A DNA stretch of 41,626 nt from Octopus sinensis (lineage: Eukaryota), in contig NW_021835224.1 of the NCBI RefSeq assembly GCF_006345805.1, positions 1-41,626 of the forward strand. Direction: 5' to 3'. The position numbers were made by a program, and so were the translations under genes. Under the pieces are notes generated by a model, which did no database searches, was not told the origin of the DNA, and was given only the letters and a program-made list of their open reading frames with translations. This document shows, piece after piece, positions 25,056 to 38,177 of the stretch. Each line of letters begins with the position of its first letter. Position 1 is the stretch's first letter.

Positions 25056-26021
25056 ATATATATGTATGTACATACACACAATGTACCTCTTTCAGTTTTT
25101 TGCCCACAGTGTCCACCCGCAAGGCTCTGGGGCAACACCACAAAATACTTATCAAAGGCGCCACGCAACAGAACTGAAACCAGGACCAGGTAGCCGACAG
25201 GCAAACTTCTTACCACGCAGCCATCACTGCCCCTATGTACTATTTACGTTCTATGGCGTGGTTCCATTTAACCGAAATGGCTTCTTCATTTATTATCGCT
25301 CCGGCGTTGCATGACTGGCCAAGTGCGAACACATTAGAGATTTCCAATGTGCCTCTAGCCTCAGTTAATTTCGTTAGCTTGTGTGTGCTACAATATCTTT
25401 TCTGTGTGGTGCAGCTGTAAATCACTTTTAGATAATTCCTATTGAATAATTTTCTGTAGTGATGGTAAATGGGGAAAGAGTTTATCAGCGAAAGGAAACT
25501 TCTTGAAGTCTTTGATTTTGGTGTTTAAGGACAAGTCACTCTGTGCTTGGGTGTGTGTCTGTAGGTATTAAGAAAGGAGTGCGTATGTGTGTATATGTAT
25601 AATGGTTTTTTAAATGAGCATAGATTATTTGATGTATATGCATGTGTGTGTGTGTATATATATATATATATACATACATATATATTATATATATATATAT
25701 ATATAATATATATATTATATATATATATATCTATATGTACTTATACACGCACATATATGGAATCTGAAAATACACACATATGTACAAGTGTGTGTGTATA
25801 TATATGTTCATATATATACGTTCATATATATATAAATATATATACATACACACACAAATGTATATGTATTTATAAATACAGATATCTGCATACATACATA
25901 CATATATACATACATATATATACACACCTATTTGTAAAATAACCGCACTCACTCACTCACTATTCAATGAGTACAATGTAATCATTTCATTTACAATATA
26001 TATATATATATATATACACAT

Positions 26022-26064
<43 letters not shown>

Positions 26065-26214
26065 CACACACACACACACACATATATATATACACAGACG
26101 TATATACACAATACATATACACATACATACATACACGCGCACACACACACATACTTACATGCATATATCTGTACTAAAGACACATATACATACACATTTA
26201 TATTCATTTACTGT

Positions 26215-26507
26215 CACACACATACACACACACACACACACATATAGACGTTCTCCTTCTATTTCTGTCTCCACACACACACACACACTCTCTCTCTCTC
26301 TTTATTTCCTCCTTAGACGCAAATCCACACACACACACACACACACATATAGATGTTCTCTTTCTATTTCTGTCTCCACACACACACACACACACACTCT
26401 CTCTCTCTCTCTCTTTATTTCCTCTTTAGACGCAAATCCACAACACACACACACACACACACACTCTCTCTCTCTCTCTCTCTTTATTTCCTCTTTAGAC
26501 GCAAATC

Positions 26508-26539
<32 letters not shown>

Positions 26540-26690
26540 CGTTCTCCTTCTATTTCTGTCTCCACACACACACACTCTCTCTCTCTCTCTCTCTCTCTTT
26601 ATTTCCTCTTTAGACGCAAATCCACACACACACACACATAGACGTTCTCCTTCTATTTCTGTCTCCACACACACACACACACACACACTC
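26215..26690. repeat. Composite minisatellite built on (CA)n/(CT)n with two spacer types
   Basis: tagacgttctccttctatttctgtctc and tttatttcctctttagacgcaaatc each recur about 4 times. Confidence 0.85.
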
Positions 26691-26835
26691 CTCGATGTCA
26701 ACGTTGGAAGGTATTAAAAGAGTTTTACTCATTGAAAAAAAAGCGAGTTTCTTTTTTTTTCCTTTTTTTTTTAGTGAAACCCATTTAATTACAATTGGAG
26801 AATTTTTACCTCAGAGAAGAATTGGAATTCACTAC

Positions 26836-27226
26836 AAGAAGAAGGAGAAGAAGGAGGTGGAGAAGGAGAAGGAGGAGGAGGAAAAGAAGAAGAAGAAGAA
26901 GAAGAAGGTGGAGAAGGAGACGAAGAAGGAGAAGAAGAAAGAGGAGGAGGAGAGAACAAAGAAGAAGAAGAATAAGAAGAAGAAAGAGAAGGAGAAGAAG
27001 AAGAAAGAGAAGAAGAAGTAGAAAGAGAAGAAGAAGAAGAAGAAGAGGAAGGAGAAGGAGAGCACAAAGAAGAAGAAGAAAGAGAAGGAGAAGAAGAAGA
27101 AGAAGGAGAAGAAAAAGAAGGAGAAGAAGAAGAAGAAGAAAGAGAAGAAGAATGGTGAAGGATAAGAAGAAGAAAAGAAAGAAGGAGAAGAAGAAGAAAG
27201 AGAAGAGGAAGAACGAAGGAAGAAGG
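26836..27226. repeat. (GAA/GGA)n purine tract
   Basis: Directly visible simple repeat. Confidence 0.95.
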
Positions 27227-27529
27227 CAAACAAGTCTTTAAGGACAACAAAAATAATGATAAAAATAAAAATAATAATAAAAAAAAACTCCTAAATAATC
27301 TGAACAACAACAAGAAGAAGAAGAATAAAAGGTGTGTCGGGGTTTTGTGGAGAGAAAGAAAGAGTTGAGAAGAGAGAAAGAAAGAGTTTTGCTTTTTGCG
27401 TTCAACGCTTCTGGCTTCAAAGAGGAGAGAAAAGAAGACAACGTTTTTCGACGTCAATGAACGGAGGAGGAATGGGGGAGGAAGGAATGTTCAGAATTGT
27501 GGAAGGAGATTCTTCTTAAAACCTGGTAA

Positions 27530-28320
27530 TTGTGGTGGTGGTGCTGGTTGTGATGGGGTGACAGTGCTGGTGATGGTGGTGGTTGTAGTGTTGGTGGTGT
27601 TGGAGGTTCCGGTGGTGGTTGTGGTTGTAGTTGTGGTTGTAGTGGTGGTGGTGTTGGAGGTTCCGGTGGTGGTTGTAGTTGTGGTGGTGGTTGTAGTGTT
27701 GGTGGTGTTGGAGGTTCCGGTGGTGGTGATAGTGGTGTAGGTGGTTGTAGCAGTGGTGGTGATAGTGGTGTTGGAGGTTCTGGTGGTGGTTGTAGTTGTG
27801 GTGGTGGTTGTAGTGGTGGTGGTGTTGGACGTTCCGGTGGTGGTTGTAGTTGTGGTGGTGGTGGTTGTAGTGTTGGTGGTGTTGGAGGTTCCGGTGGTGG
27901 TTCTGGTGGTGGTTGTATTTGTGGTGGTGGTTGTAGTGTTGGTGATGTTGGAGGTTCCGGTGATGGTGATAGTGGTGTTGGAGGTTCCGGTGGTGGTTGT
28001 GGTGGTGGTTGTAGTGGTGGTGTTGGAGGTTCCGGTGGTGGTTCTGGTGGTGGTGGTGGTGTTGGAGGTTCCGGTGGTGGTTGTGGTGGTGGTGGTGGTG
28101 GTGTTGGAGGTTCCGGTGGTGGTTGTGGTTGTAGTTGTGGTTGTAGTGGTGGTGGTGTTGGAGGTTCCGGTGGTGGTTGTAGTTGTGGTGGTGGTTGTAG
28201 TGGTGGTGGTGTTGGTAGCGATAGTGTTAGTTGTGGTGGTGGTGATAGTGGTGTTGGTGGTTGTAGTGATGCTGGTGATGGTGGTGATGTTACTGTTGTT
28301 CTTGTTAGTGGTTAAGGCAC
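27530..28320. repeat. (GGT)n-based minisatellite with a recurring gtgttggaggttccg spacer
   Basis: The spacer recurs more than 10 times. Confidence 0.9.
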
Positions 28321-28605
28321 TGGTATAGTATTGTGATAAGTAGGGGTATAGTGGTGGTGGTCACATATGGAATAGCAGTGGTGGTGGCGGTAGTTGTGTT
28401 GTAGGGGTGGAAACTCTTAGACATGGTGGAGGTTGTAGCAGGGGCAATTCTTAAACGTAGGAAGGATGGTGGTAGTGATGGTGGTGGTGGTAGTACAGCT
28501 GGTACTTAGAGGTGTAGTAGCGGTGGTAGTTTAGGAGGAAGTAATGGTGTTGGTGGTAGTTGTGGCAGTGGTGCTGGTTTATAATTGTAGTGGCTGCAGT
28601 TTTGG

Positions 28606-29481
28606 TTGTTTAACCCTAGGTCAATCCCGATCAAGTAGAGAGACCTATGATCAAAGACGTTCCAGCTGTGACCATCCCCTCTTTTATTCAGGCATAGTGT
28701 ATCTAGGACTACATTATCCAATGTATAGTACAGGAGTTAGTATTAGTGGCTATAGCTGTTATTGTTTAACCCCAGGTCAGTCCAGATCCAGTTGAGAGAC
28801 CTATGATCAAAGATGCTCCAGCTATGACCATCCCCTCTTTTATTCAGGCATAGTGTATCTAGGACTACATTATCTAATGTATAGTATAGTAGTTAGTATT
28901 AGTGGCTATAGCTGTTATTGTTTAACCCCAGGTCAGTCCAGATCCAGTTGAGAGACCTATGATCAAAGATGCTCCAGCTATGACCATCCCCTCTTTTATT
29001 CAGGCATAGTGTATCTAGGACTACATTATCTAATGTATAGTATAGTAGTGAGTATTAGTGGCTATAGGTGTTATTTAACCCCAGGTCAGTCCTGATCCAG
29101 CAGACCTATGATCAAAGACGTTCCAGCTGTGACCATCCCAACTTTTATTCAGGCATAGTGTATCTAGGACTACATTATCTAATGTATAGTATAGTAGTTA
29201 GTATTAGTGGCTATAGCTGTTATTGTTTAACCCCAGGTCAGTCCTGATCCAGTTGAGAGACCTATGATCAAAGATGCTCCAGCTATGACCATCCCCTCTT
29301 TTATTCAGGCATAGTGTATCTAGGACTACATTATCTAATGTATAGTATAGTAGTTAGTATTAGTGGCTATAGCTGTTATTGTTTAACCCCAGGTCAGTCC
29401 AGATCCAGTTGAGAGACCTATGATCAAAGATGCTCCAGCTATGACCATCCCATCTTTTATTCAGGCATAGTGTATCTAGGA
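28606..29481 (+). repeat. ~156-bp tandem array (about 5.5 units)
   Basis: Repeated gtttaaccccaggtcagtcc...gacctatgatcaaaga...gaccatcccctcttttattcaggcatagtgtatctaggactac. Confidence 0.95.
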
Positions 29482-29849
29482 CAACGCCAATGAATCCATT
29501 TAATTTTCACCAAAGATATTTTGCAGCCTGAAAGAAATTCCATTGATATTCCTTCGTCTGGTTGAGCAACCAACAACAAAAGCTGTGTTGTTTGTTCGTT
29601 ACTTTGAGCATTAGCTCCAGGTCAGTTCTGATAATCTAAAGTAGTCTACTTGTAACCATCCCCAAAGGAAGGGGGGGAGGGGTAAAACCCTACCATGCCC
29701 CCCCCCCCAAAAAAAAACAATCACAATAACAGATTGTAAAAGAGCGAAAAAGACGGAAAAATTTGGATTTTAAAAGATTTTCTGAAGACAAAAAAAAAAG
29801 GAACAAAATCTCAAAAATGGGGGTTTTTTCATTCATTTGTTGTTGTTAT

Positions 29850-30525
29850 CATTCTTCTTCTTCTTCTCTCTCCTCCTCCTCCTACTTCTTCCTTTCATTC
29901 TTTTTTTGTCTTCTTCTTCTCCTCCTCCTACTACTACTTCTTCTCTTTCCTTCCTCCTCCTACTTCTTCCTTTCATTCTTCTTCTTCTCTATCCTCCTAC
30001 TCCTACTTCTTCCTTTCATCCTTTTTTGTCTCCTCTTCCTCCCACTTCTCTCTCTCCTCCTCCTCCTTCCTTTCATCCTCTTTTGTCTTCTCCTCCTCCT
30101 ACTTCTCTCTCTCCTCCTCCTCCTTGTTGTCGTTTTCTTCTTCTCTCTCCTCCTCCTCCTCCTTCCTTTCATTCTTTTTTGTCTTCTTCTCCTCCTACTT
30201 CTCTCTCTCCTCCTCCTCCTTGTTGTCTTCTTCTTGTCCTCCTCCTCCACTTTCCTTTCATCCTTTTTTTGTCTCCTCCTCCTCCCACTTCTCTCTCTCC
30301 TCCTCCTCCTCTTTCCCTTCATCCTTTTTTGTCTCCTCCTCCTCCTACTTCCCTCTCTCTCCTCCTCCTCCTCCTTGTTGTCTTCTTCTTGTCCTCCTCC
30401 TCCTCCTCTTTCCCTTCATCCTTTTTTTTTGTCTCCTCCTCCTCCCACTTCTCTCTCTCTTCCTACTTCTCTTTCCCTTCATCCTTTTTCTTGTCTCCTC
30501 CTCCTCCTCCTACTTCCCTCCTTCC
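29850..30525. repeat. (CCT/CTT)n pyrimidine tract with a higher-order unit
   Basis: Recurring cctttcatcctttttgtctcctcctcctacttctctct. Confidence 0.9.
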
Positions 30526-30729
30526 CTGCACAAATCAAAATGCGCAACAGCAACGTATGCAAAGCGTGATTCAAACGAAGAAGCCGTTGCACGCCATCGC
30601 AGTGGTACGTACCACCACCACCGCCGCTATCGCCGTCGGTTGCGGTTGTGGTGATGGCACCAGTGTGCCAACGGAGCTGGGCCACAGCCATCATTCTCAA
30701 GTGCTTGTCAAGTATTGCTGCAAAACTGT

Positions 30730-30765
<36 letters not shown>

Positions 30766-31510
30766 CACATGAGTGCAATTACGTTGTGTCATGTTGGGTG
30801 TATATATGCATGTCTATATATACATATGCATACGTACACCTCTGATGTAATTAACGCATCACAATTTGGTTTTTATCATATATATACATGTATACATACA
30901 TATATACATACATACATATATCTATATATATATATATATATATAATATATATATATAATTATATATATATACCATATATATAATATACACATATATACAT
31001 ACAAACATATATACATATATACACACACACATATATATATATACATTCATACATATATGCATTAGCTAATATATATATACATATGTATATATATATATGT
31101 ATATATATGTTATATATAATGTTATGTATATATGTATATATATGTATATGTATGTATATGTAATATTTATATGATTTATTATATATGTAAATATAATATA
31201 TAATGTATACATATACATACCTATATGTTTATGTGTGTATTTACGTGTATGCATGTGCATATGTGTATATGTATGTATATGTGTATGTGCGTGTGTGCTT
31301 GTGTATGTGTACATAAGTAAACATACATATGTATATATGTGTGTGTATGTACACATGTATATATACATATATATATATATAGTGTGTGTGTGTAGATGTA
31401 CAAGCACATGTCTATAAGTACATGTATATACATACATATGTAAATATGTATACACATGTGCATATACGTGTTTGCATGCACACATATATGTATATGTATG
31501 TATATATATG

Positions 31511-31559
<49 letters not shown>

Positions 31560-32329
31560 TTACATAAACATATGTATGTATATACACACACATATATGTG
31601 TATATATGTGTATGTGTTGTATATTAGTTAAAGCGCTCTTTATGCTTTGCGATGTCTGTTTTCTTTTTTTCTCGTTAAAATTGTTGGTATTTTTCTCATT
31701 TTTGTAAATTCAATTATTTACTTATTCATTGATTTCATGTGTCAACCCATGACACATTGCTGATATTCTGTGCATACATACATACATAACATATATATAT
31801 ATATATATATATAAGATATATATATATTAATATAGAATATATTGTATACATGACTAGATATTATATATATAATACATACATATATATATATATATGTTAT
31901 ATATATCTATATATATAGATATATATAATATAGGTATATATATATATATGTATATATATATAGTATATGTATGTATATATATACATGTATATATATTATT
32001 AATTGTATATTATAATATATATATGTATGTAATAGATATATATATATATGTATGTATCTATACATATGTTACATTACTCGGAGTCAAGATAACTCTGAGT
32101 TCAGATGCCGAAGTGGAAAGCACAACACAATCTCTTCGGTTATCTGGCTATTTGAAAACGTTATGAAAAAATACCGTTAAAATGAAGGGAAATTACTCTG
32201 TTATAACTCTGCTTTGCTGCGTACTTATACATCGCTCGCTTTTTTCGTCATAAAAATTATATAAAAATACATAAAAATATATAAAAATATATAAAATCTT
32301 CTTGGGACATTACACAGAAAGCATGTTCT

Positions 32330-34215
32330 TTAATCCCTCCTAGGATTAAAGGCTTGGAAGATTTCGAAGCGGACCTGCTGAAGATCATGAGCAAAATAAA
32401 GTTTCGTAAGTCTTTTAACAATTTCCAACATAAATTGAAAAAAGATATTGATCATATAAAAAGCTCCAAGAAAAAAGCACTTTTTTCGGATAAAACCAAG
32501 AACTTATACCTGGTAGATAACAGCAAATACACACAACTCTTACACAACAGCATCATTAATAATTATACTAAGGCTAGGGCACAGACATATAAGAAATTAA
32601 TAAAGAAGCTAGCGTCATCGCCGCTAAACTTAAATTAGATAAAAAAATAGAAACCCTCCCCCAAAAAGAGGCCTTTATTACTATTAAAGACCACAAAGAA
32701 AACTTCCTTTCCAACCCTAAATGTAGGCTTATCAACCCAGCCAAGTCAGAACTAAGGATTATTAGCAAAGAAATTTTAGAAAATAAATACGAAAATTAAG
32801 ACCGACACTAGGCTAGTGCATGGTCAATAGTATAGAAGTCGTAGACTGGTTTAAAGCTATTAAGAATAAGAAAAAAGCGAGTTTACACAATTCGATATGT
32901 TGATTTTTATGCCTCTATCTCTAAAGAACTGCTAGATAAACCTAATCTTCGCTAGTGACTTCATAGAAATTAGTACCAATGATAAGGATATAATCTTCCA
33001 TGCTAGAAAGACATTACTTTCAGTGAGAATGCAAAGTGGGTAAAAAACACGACACGGAGGGCGCTTTCGATGTGAGCATGGGTTCATATGATGGGGCAGG
33101 CATCTGTGATCTGAATTGGAATCTCTTTCTCCTAGACCTTCGTAAGACATTCCCTAACGTACATTTCGCCATCTACAAAGATGATGCCCTCGCCTTAACA
33201 GCTAATACAAATGGACCAGCACAAGATCGTTTTAGGAGGATATTATCCAGTTAATGAAACACTTCGGACTTAGTATAACTATAGACACTAACCTGACGGT
33301 TGTCAATTTTTAGACGTTTCCTTAGATCTTAATAATAATATTTATAAGCCTTATAGGAAGCCCAATGATAGACTAAGTATATTAATGTAGGTCATGCCAT
33401 CCCCCTATAGTATTCAAAATTTAGTTAAAAATATTAGTAAGAGGATTTCTAGCCTCTCATCTAATGAGGACATCTTCAATAGCGTTGCCCAGTTATAATA
33501 AAGCTTTAAAAGATAGTGGTTTTAGTGAAAAAATAAAATATACACCATCACCAGCCCAACAATAAGGAAAAGGAAAATAGAAATAGGAAGGTCATCTGGT
33601 TTACGCCCCTACTCACCCGAGGTGGCCTTCAATATAGGTAAATATTTCCTAGCACTGATAGATAGACATTTTCCAGTTAACCATGCTTATAGGAAACTCT
33701 TCAATAGACACAATTTAAAATTAGTTTTAGTTCAACTACCAATTTTAAAAACATAATCAATCATAACATACAAAAAAACACAAGAAGAAAACAGCTGTTC
33801 ATGCAGGAATAAAGAATTGTGCCGCTAAATGGAGCTTGCATGTCCAAGACCATCATATATGAAGCTACCGTAAACTCTTAATAACACTAAAGACACCGTT
33901 TCGACGAAGAAATACGTGGGCCTGACAGAGGGTAATTTCAAGGCCAGGTTCAATAACCACACTTTGAGCTTTAGGCACTGGAACAAAAGAAAAGCGACAC
34001 AATTATCCAATCATATTTGGTCTTTAAGAGATAAAGGTGTCGATTATAACATACAATGGAAGATTTTGGCCAGATGTAAGCCCTATACAACGGCAGCGGA
34101 AGGTGCGGTTTATGCGACATGGAGAGATGGCTTCATCTGGAAAAGCAGCTTAGACCCTACCACATGTCTAAATACAAGGACAGAGCTTTTCGGATCATGC
34201 CCCACATGTGACTAA
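32330..34215 (+). pseudogene. Penelope-type reverse transcriptase plus GIY-YIG endonuclease (frameshifted)
   Basis: PKCRLINPAKSEL (~32716), FD..DFYASIS (~32890), FDVSMGSYDGA (~33066), YKDD (33173); then CSCRNKELC...C..KTIIYEA...KYVGLTEGNFKARFNNH...LSNHIW...IQWKIL. Confidence 0.88.
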
Positions 34216-34443
34216 ATTTCTGTTACGTTTGGTCCCCTAAAGAAAACGGATAGAACATGCTTTCTGTGTTATGTCCCAAGAAGATTTATATATTTTATAT
34301 ATTTTTATATATTTTTATGTATTTTTATATAATTTTTATGACGAAAAATGCGAGCGATGTATAAGTACGTGGGCAAAGCAGAGTTATAACAGAGTAATTT
34401 CCCTTCATTTTAACGGTATTTTTCATAACGTTTTCAAATAGCC

Positions 34444-34506
34444 AGATAACCGAAGAGATGGTGTTGTGGATTTCCACTTCGGCATCTGAAACTCAGAGTT
34501 TTATCT
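34444..34506 (+). ncRNA. Putative hammerhead ribozyme in the Penelope pseudo-LTR (inverted copy at 32087-32145)
   Basis: agataa-CCGAAGA-gatg...catc-t-GAAA-ctcagag-TT-ttatct. Helix I is agataa/ttatct, helix II is gatg/catc, and helix III is minimal. Confidence 0.65.
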
Positions 34507-34620
34507 TGACTACCGAGTAATGTAACATATTGTATAGATAAATTTCCTCTATTTACATAATATTGAGGTCTCTTTCTTTCTTTTGTTATCTTACCGTTTT
34601 ATCAATATATAGTATGTATG

Positions 34621-34675
<55 letters not shown>

Positions 34676-34677
<2 letters not shown>

Positions 34678-35088
34678 AGTGGCTGTGTGTAAGTAGCTTG
34701 CTTACCAACCACATGGTTCTGGGTTCAGTCCCACTGCATGTCACCTTGGGCAAATATCTTCTACTATAGCCTCAGGCCGACCAATGCCTTGTGAGTGGAT
34801 TGGTAGACGGAAACTGAAAGAAGCCCATCGTATATATGTATATATATATAGTATGTATGTATGTGTATGTATATGTTTGTGTGTCTGGTTTGTCCCTAGC
34901 ATTGCTTGACAACCGATGCTGGGGTGTTTACGTCCCGTCACTTAGCGGTTCGGCAAAAGAGGAACCGATAGAATAAGTATGGGCTTGCAAAAGAATAAGT
35001 CCCGGGGTCGAGTTGCTCGACTAAAGGCGGTGCTCAGCATGGCCGGAGTCAAATGACTGAAACAAGTAAAAGAAAAAAAAAAAGAGTA
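34676..35088 (+). mobile_element. SINE family A
   Basis: Consensus match. Confidence 0.85.
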
Positions 35089-35221
35089 TATATATATATA
35101 TATATATATATACATGTTGTGTGTAATATATGTGTAAGTGAGAGACATGTATGTGTGTGTGTGTGTAAATGTGTGTTTGTGTGAAAGGACGTGTGTATAT
35201 GTGTATGTGTATATAGAGGCA

Positions 35222-35627
35222 TACTCTTTTACTTGTTTCAGTCATTTGACTGCGGCCATGCTGGAGCACCGCCTTTAGTCGGGCAAATCGACCCTGGAAC
35301 TTAATTCTTTGTAAGCCCAGTACTTATTCTATCGGTCTCTTTTGCCGAACCGCTAAGTGATGGGGACGTAAACACACCAGCATCGGTTGTCAAGCAATGC
35401 TAGGGGGACAAACACAAACACACAAACACACACACACACATACATACATATATATTATATACATATATACGACAGGCTTCTTTCAGTTTCCAGCTACCAA
35501 ATCCACTCACAAGGCATTGGTCGGCCTGGGGCTATAACAGAAGACACTTGCCCAAGATGCCACGCAGTGGGACTGAACCTGGAACCATGTGGTTGGTAAG
35601 CAAGCTACTTACCACACAGCCACTCCT
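35222..35627 (-). mobile_element. SINE family A
   Basis: Reverse-complement consensus match. Confidence 0.85.
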
Positions 35628-36288
35628 GGGCCTATATGTGTATCGGTGCTTGCAAGAGTGTGCGTATGCACATTTTAGTGTGAGTGATGACAGCTGCAAG
35701 TCATCAGTCGACGACAGCTGGTTAATGTTAAGCTGTTAATCAGAAACCTCACCTCTCACTCCATCCATGACCTTCGCTTGTTAAGCCAGTCTACTACGGT
35801 ACTTCTCTCCCTCCTTTCCCTGACCCCCCCTCCCCGTTATGTCCCTAACGGTGGTGGATGTGGTGGTGATGCTAATGATGATGACACTGCCAACGCTGCC
35901 TCCACCACCACCGTCGCTGATGATGGTGGTGGTGGTGGTGGAGGTGGTAGTGGTGGTGATGATAACAATGATGATGAAGATGATGATGTTGTTAATGATG
36001 ATGATAATGATGGTGATGGTGATGATGATGATGGTGATGGTGATAGTGGTAACAGTGGTGGTAGGAAGTATAGAGAGAGAGAGAGGAGGGAAGATGAATG
36101 TAGACCCCCCCCCCCCTTAGCGACGGTTAACTCCCTGCATGTGTCTATGTATGTATGTGCGCGTTTCTGTGAGCGTGTATGTGTGTGCATGTGTATGTAT
36201 ATACTGTGTGTATATATATATACACATATACATACCCACATATATTATAGGTATGTATATATTATATATATATAATATATATATATGC

Positions 36289-36324
<36 letters not shown>

Positions 36325-36529
36325 ACATATATGTTATAGATATGTGTATATAATGTATATGCATTATATATATATATATATATATATATAAGTATATATA
36401 CATATGTATATATATATATATATATACACATATAAACATATATGTATAAATATATATGTATATATATATACAAACACACTTATATATACAGATATACATA
36501 TGTATATATACGGTTAAGTAATATATACA

Positions 36530-38177
36530 TGGACCAGCAATCGAGTAACAGTTCCTTAGTTAGATAAGGCGATTAGAAGCATGAAAACAGGAAAGCCCCC
36601 GGCCATCAGGAATTACTGCAGAGATGCTCAAAATATTGGTAGTGTCGGCTATGGCTTAGTCACCCGTATAGTTAACCAGGTGTTACACGAAGGAGTATAC
36701 CAATGACTGGCTGTAGCAGCATAATAGTCAACTGCTACAAAGGTAAAGGTGACACCTTGATACAAATAACAAGGGGTATCAAGCTGCTGGATCAGGTAAT
36801 GAAGGTTACAGAGAGGGTTATAGCCCAATTAATTAGAGAGAGTTAGTTAGTAAATGATATTGCAGTTTGGGTTTGTGCCAGGGAAAAGTACTACTGATGA
36901 TATATTCCTGGTAAGCAGCTGCAGGAGAAATACCTAGCCAAAGATAAGCCCTGTACCTGGCTTTTGTTGACATGGAGAAAGCCTTCGACAGGGTCCCCCG
37001 ATCCCTTATCTGGTGGGCAATGAGAAAACTAGGGATAGATGAATGGTTAGTGAGAGCTGTGCGGGCCATGTATAGGACGCCGCTAGTAGGGTGAGGGTTG
37101 GAAACGAGTACAGTGAAGAATTCCGGGTAGAGGTGAGTCCACCAAGGCTCAGTACTCAGCCCCCTCCTATTTATCGTAGTCCTCCAGGCAATAACGGAGG
37201 AATTCAAGACAGGATGCCCTTGGGAGCTCCTCTATGCTGATGACCTTGCTCTAATTGCTGAGTCGCTATCAGAACTGGAGGAGAAGTTTCAGGTGTGGAA
37301 ACAAGGATTAGAATCGAAGGGCCTCAGAGTCAATCTAGCTAAAACCAAAGTCGTAATCAGTAGGAAGGTAGACAAATCACAAACACCTTCAGGTAGATGG
37401 CCCTGCTCGATCTGTAGAAAAGGTGTAGGTAGAAATCTATAAGATGGCACCAAGTGTAAGCTATGGACACATAAGAGATGCAGCAATGTCAAAGGAAGGC
37501 TAACTAGGAAGATGGTTTTTGTATGTGGCGATGCTCAGGAACATAAAACACTGAAAATGCTCTGAGACCAACTCGGTCACTTTCCAGGGAAAAACTAGAA
37601 ATAGTTGATAGTTTCCGTTACTAGGTGACCAAGTCAGCAGCGGGGGCGGGTGTTGCTGAAAGTGTAACTGCTAGAGTAAGAATAGCTTGGGCAAGTTCAG
37701 AGAGCTCTTACCTCTGCTGGTGACAAAAGGCCTCTCGCACAGAGTGAAAGGCAGACTGTATGATGCGTGTGGTACGAACAGCCGCTACATGGCAGTGAAA
37801 CATGGGCCGTGACTGCTGGGATATGCGTAAGCTCGCTAGAAATGAAGCCAGTATGCTCCGATGGATGTGTAATGCCGGTACTCACACTCGGCAGAGTGTA
37901 AGTACCTTGAGAGAAAGCTGGACCTAAGAAGCATCAGTGTGGTGTGCAAGAGCGACGTTTGCGCTGGTATGGTCATGTGGCGAGAATGGATGAAGATAGT
38001 TGGTGAAAAAGTGCCACACCTAGCGGTTGAGGGAACCTGTGGAAGAGGCAGACCCAGGAAAACCTGGGACGAGGTGGTGAAGCACGACCTTCGAACTTTA
38101 GGTCTCACTGAGGAATGACTAGAGACCGAGACCTCTGGAAGTGTGCTGTGCGCGAGAAGACCCGGCAGGACAAGTGA
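36530..38177 (+). pseudogene. RTE reverse transcriptase (frameshifted) with an internal PHD-like finger
   Basis: KAIRSMKTGK..G..GITAEMLK, QFGFVPGKSTTD, AFVDMEKAFDRVP, HQGSVLSPLLF, LLYADDL (YADD 37233-37244), LRWYGHVARM, GRGRPRKTW. Confidence 0.9.

Larger units (their letters stand above)
32055..34610 (+). mobile_element. Penelope-like retroelement, 5'-truncated, with inverted pseudo-LTR, inserted in (TA)n
   Basis: RT and GIY-YIG motifs are present. 32055-32329 is the reverse complement of 34252-34540. TA microsatellites lie on both sides. Confidence 0.9.

Noticed and set aside
16615-29481. Large inverted duplication linking (ACC)n+156-bp unit with (GGT)n+156-bp array
   Set aside because: The order of the blocks does not fit a single inversion; only the 156-bp unit is shared.
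30530-30730. Unique GC-richer stretch as a possible host exon or promoter
   Set aside because: No clear splice sites or homology are recognisable; it cannot be supported without expression data.
35778-36275. Gly/Asp-rich 165-aa ORF
   Set aside because: Made of (GGT)n/(GAT)n repeats, with no splice or domain support.
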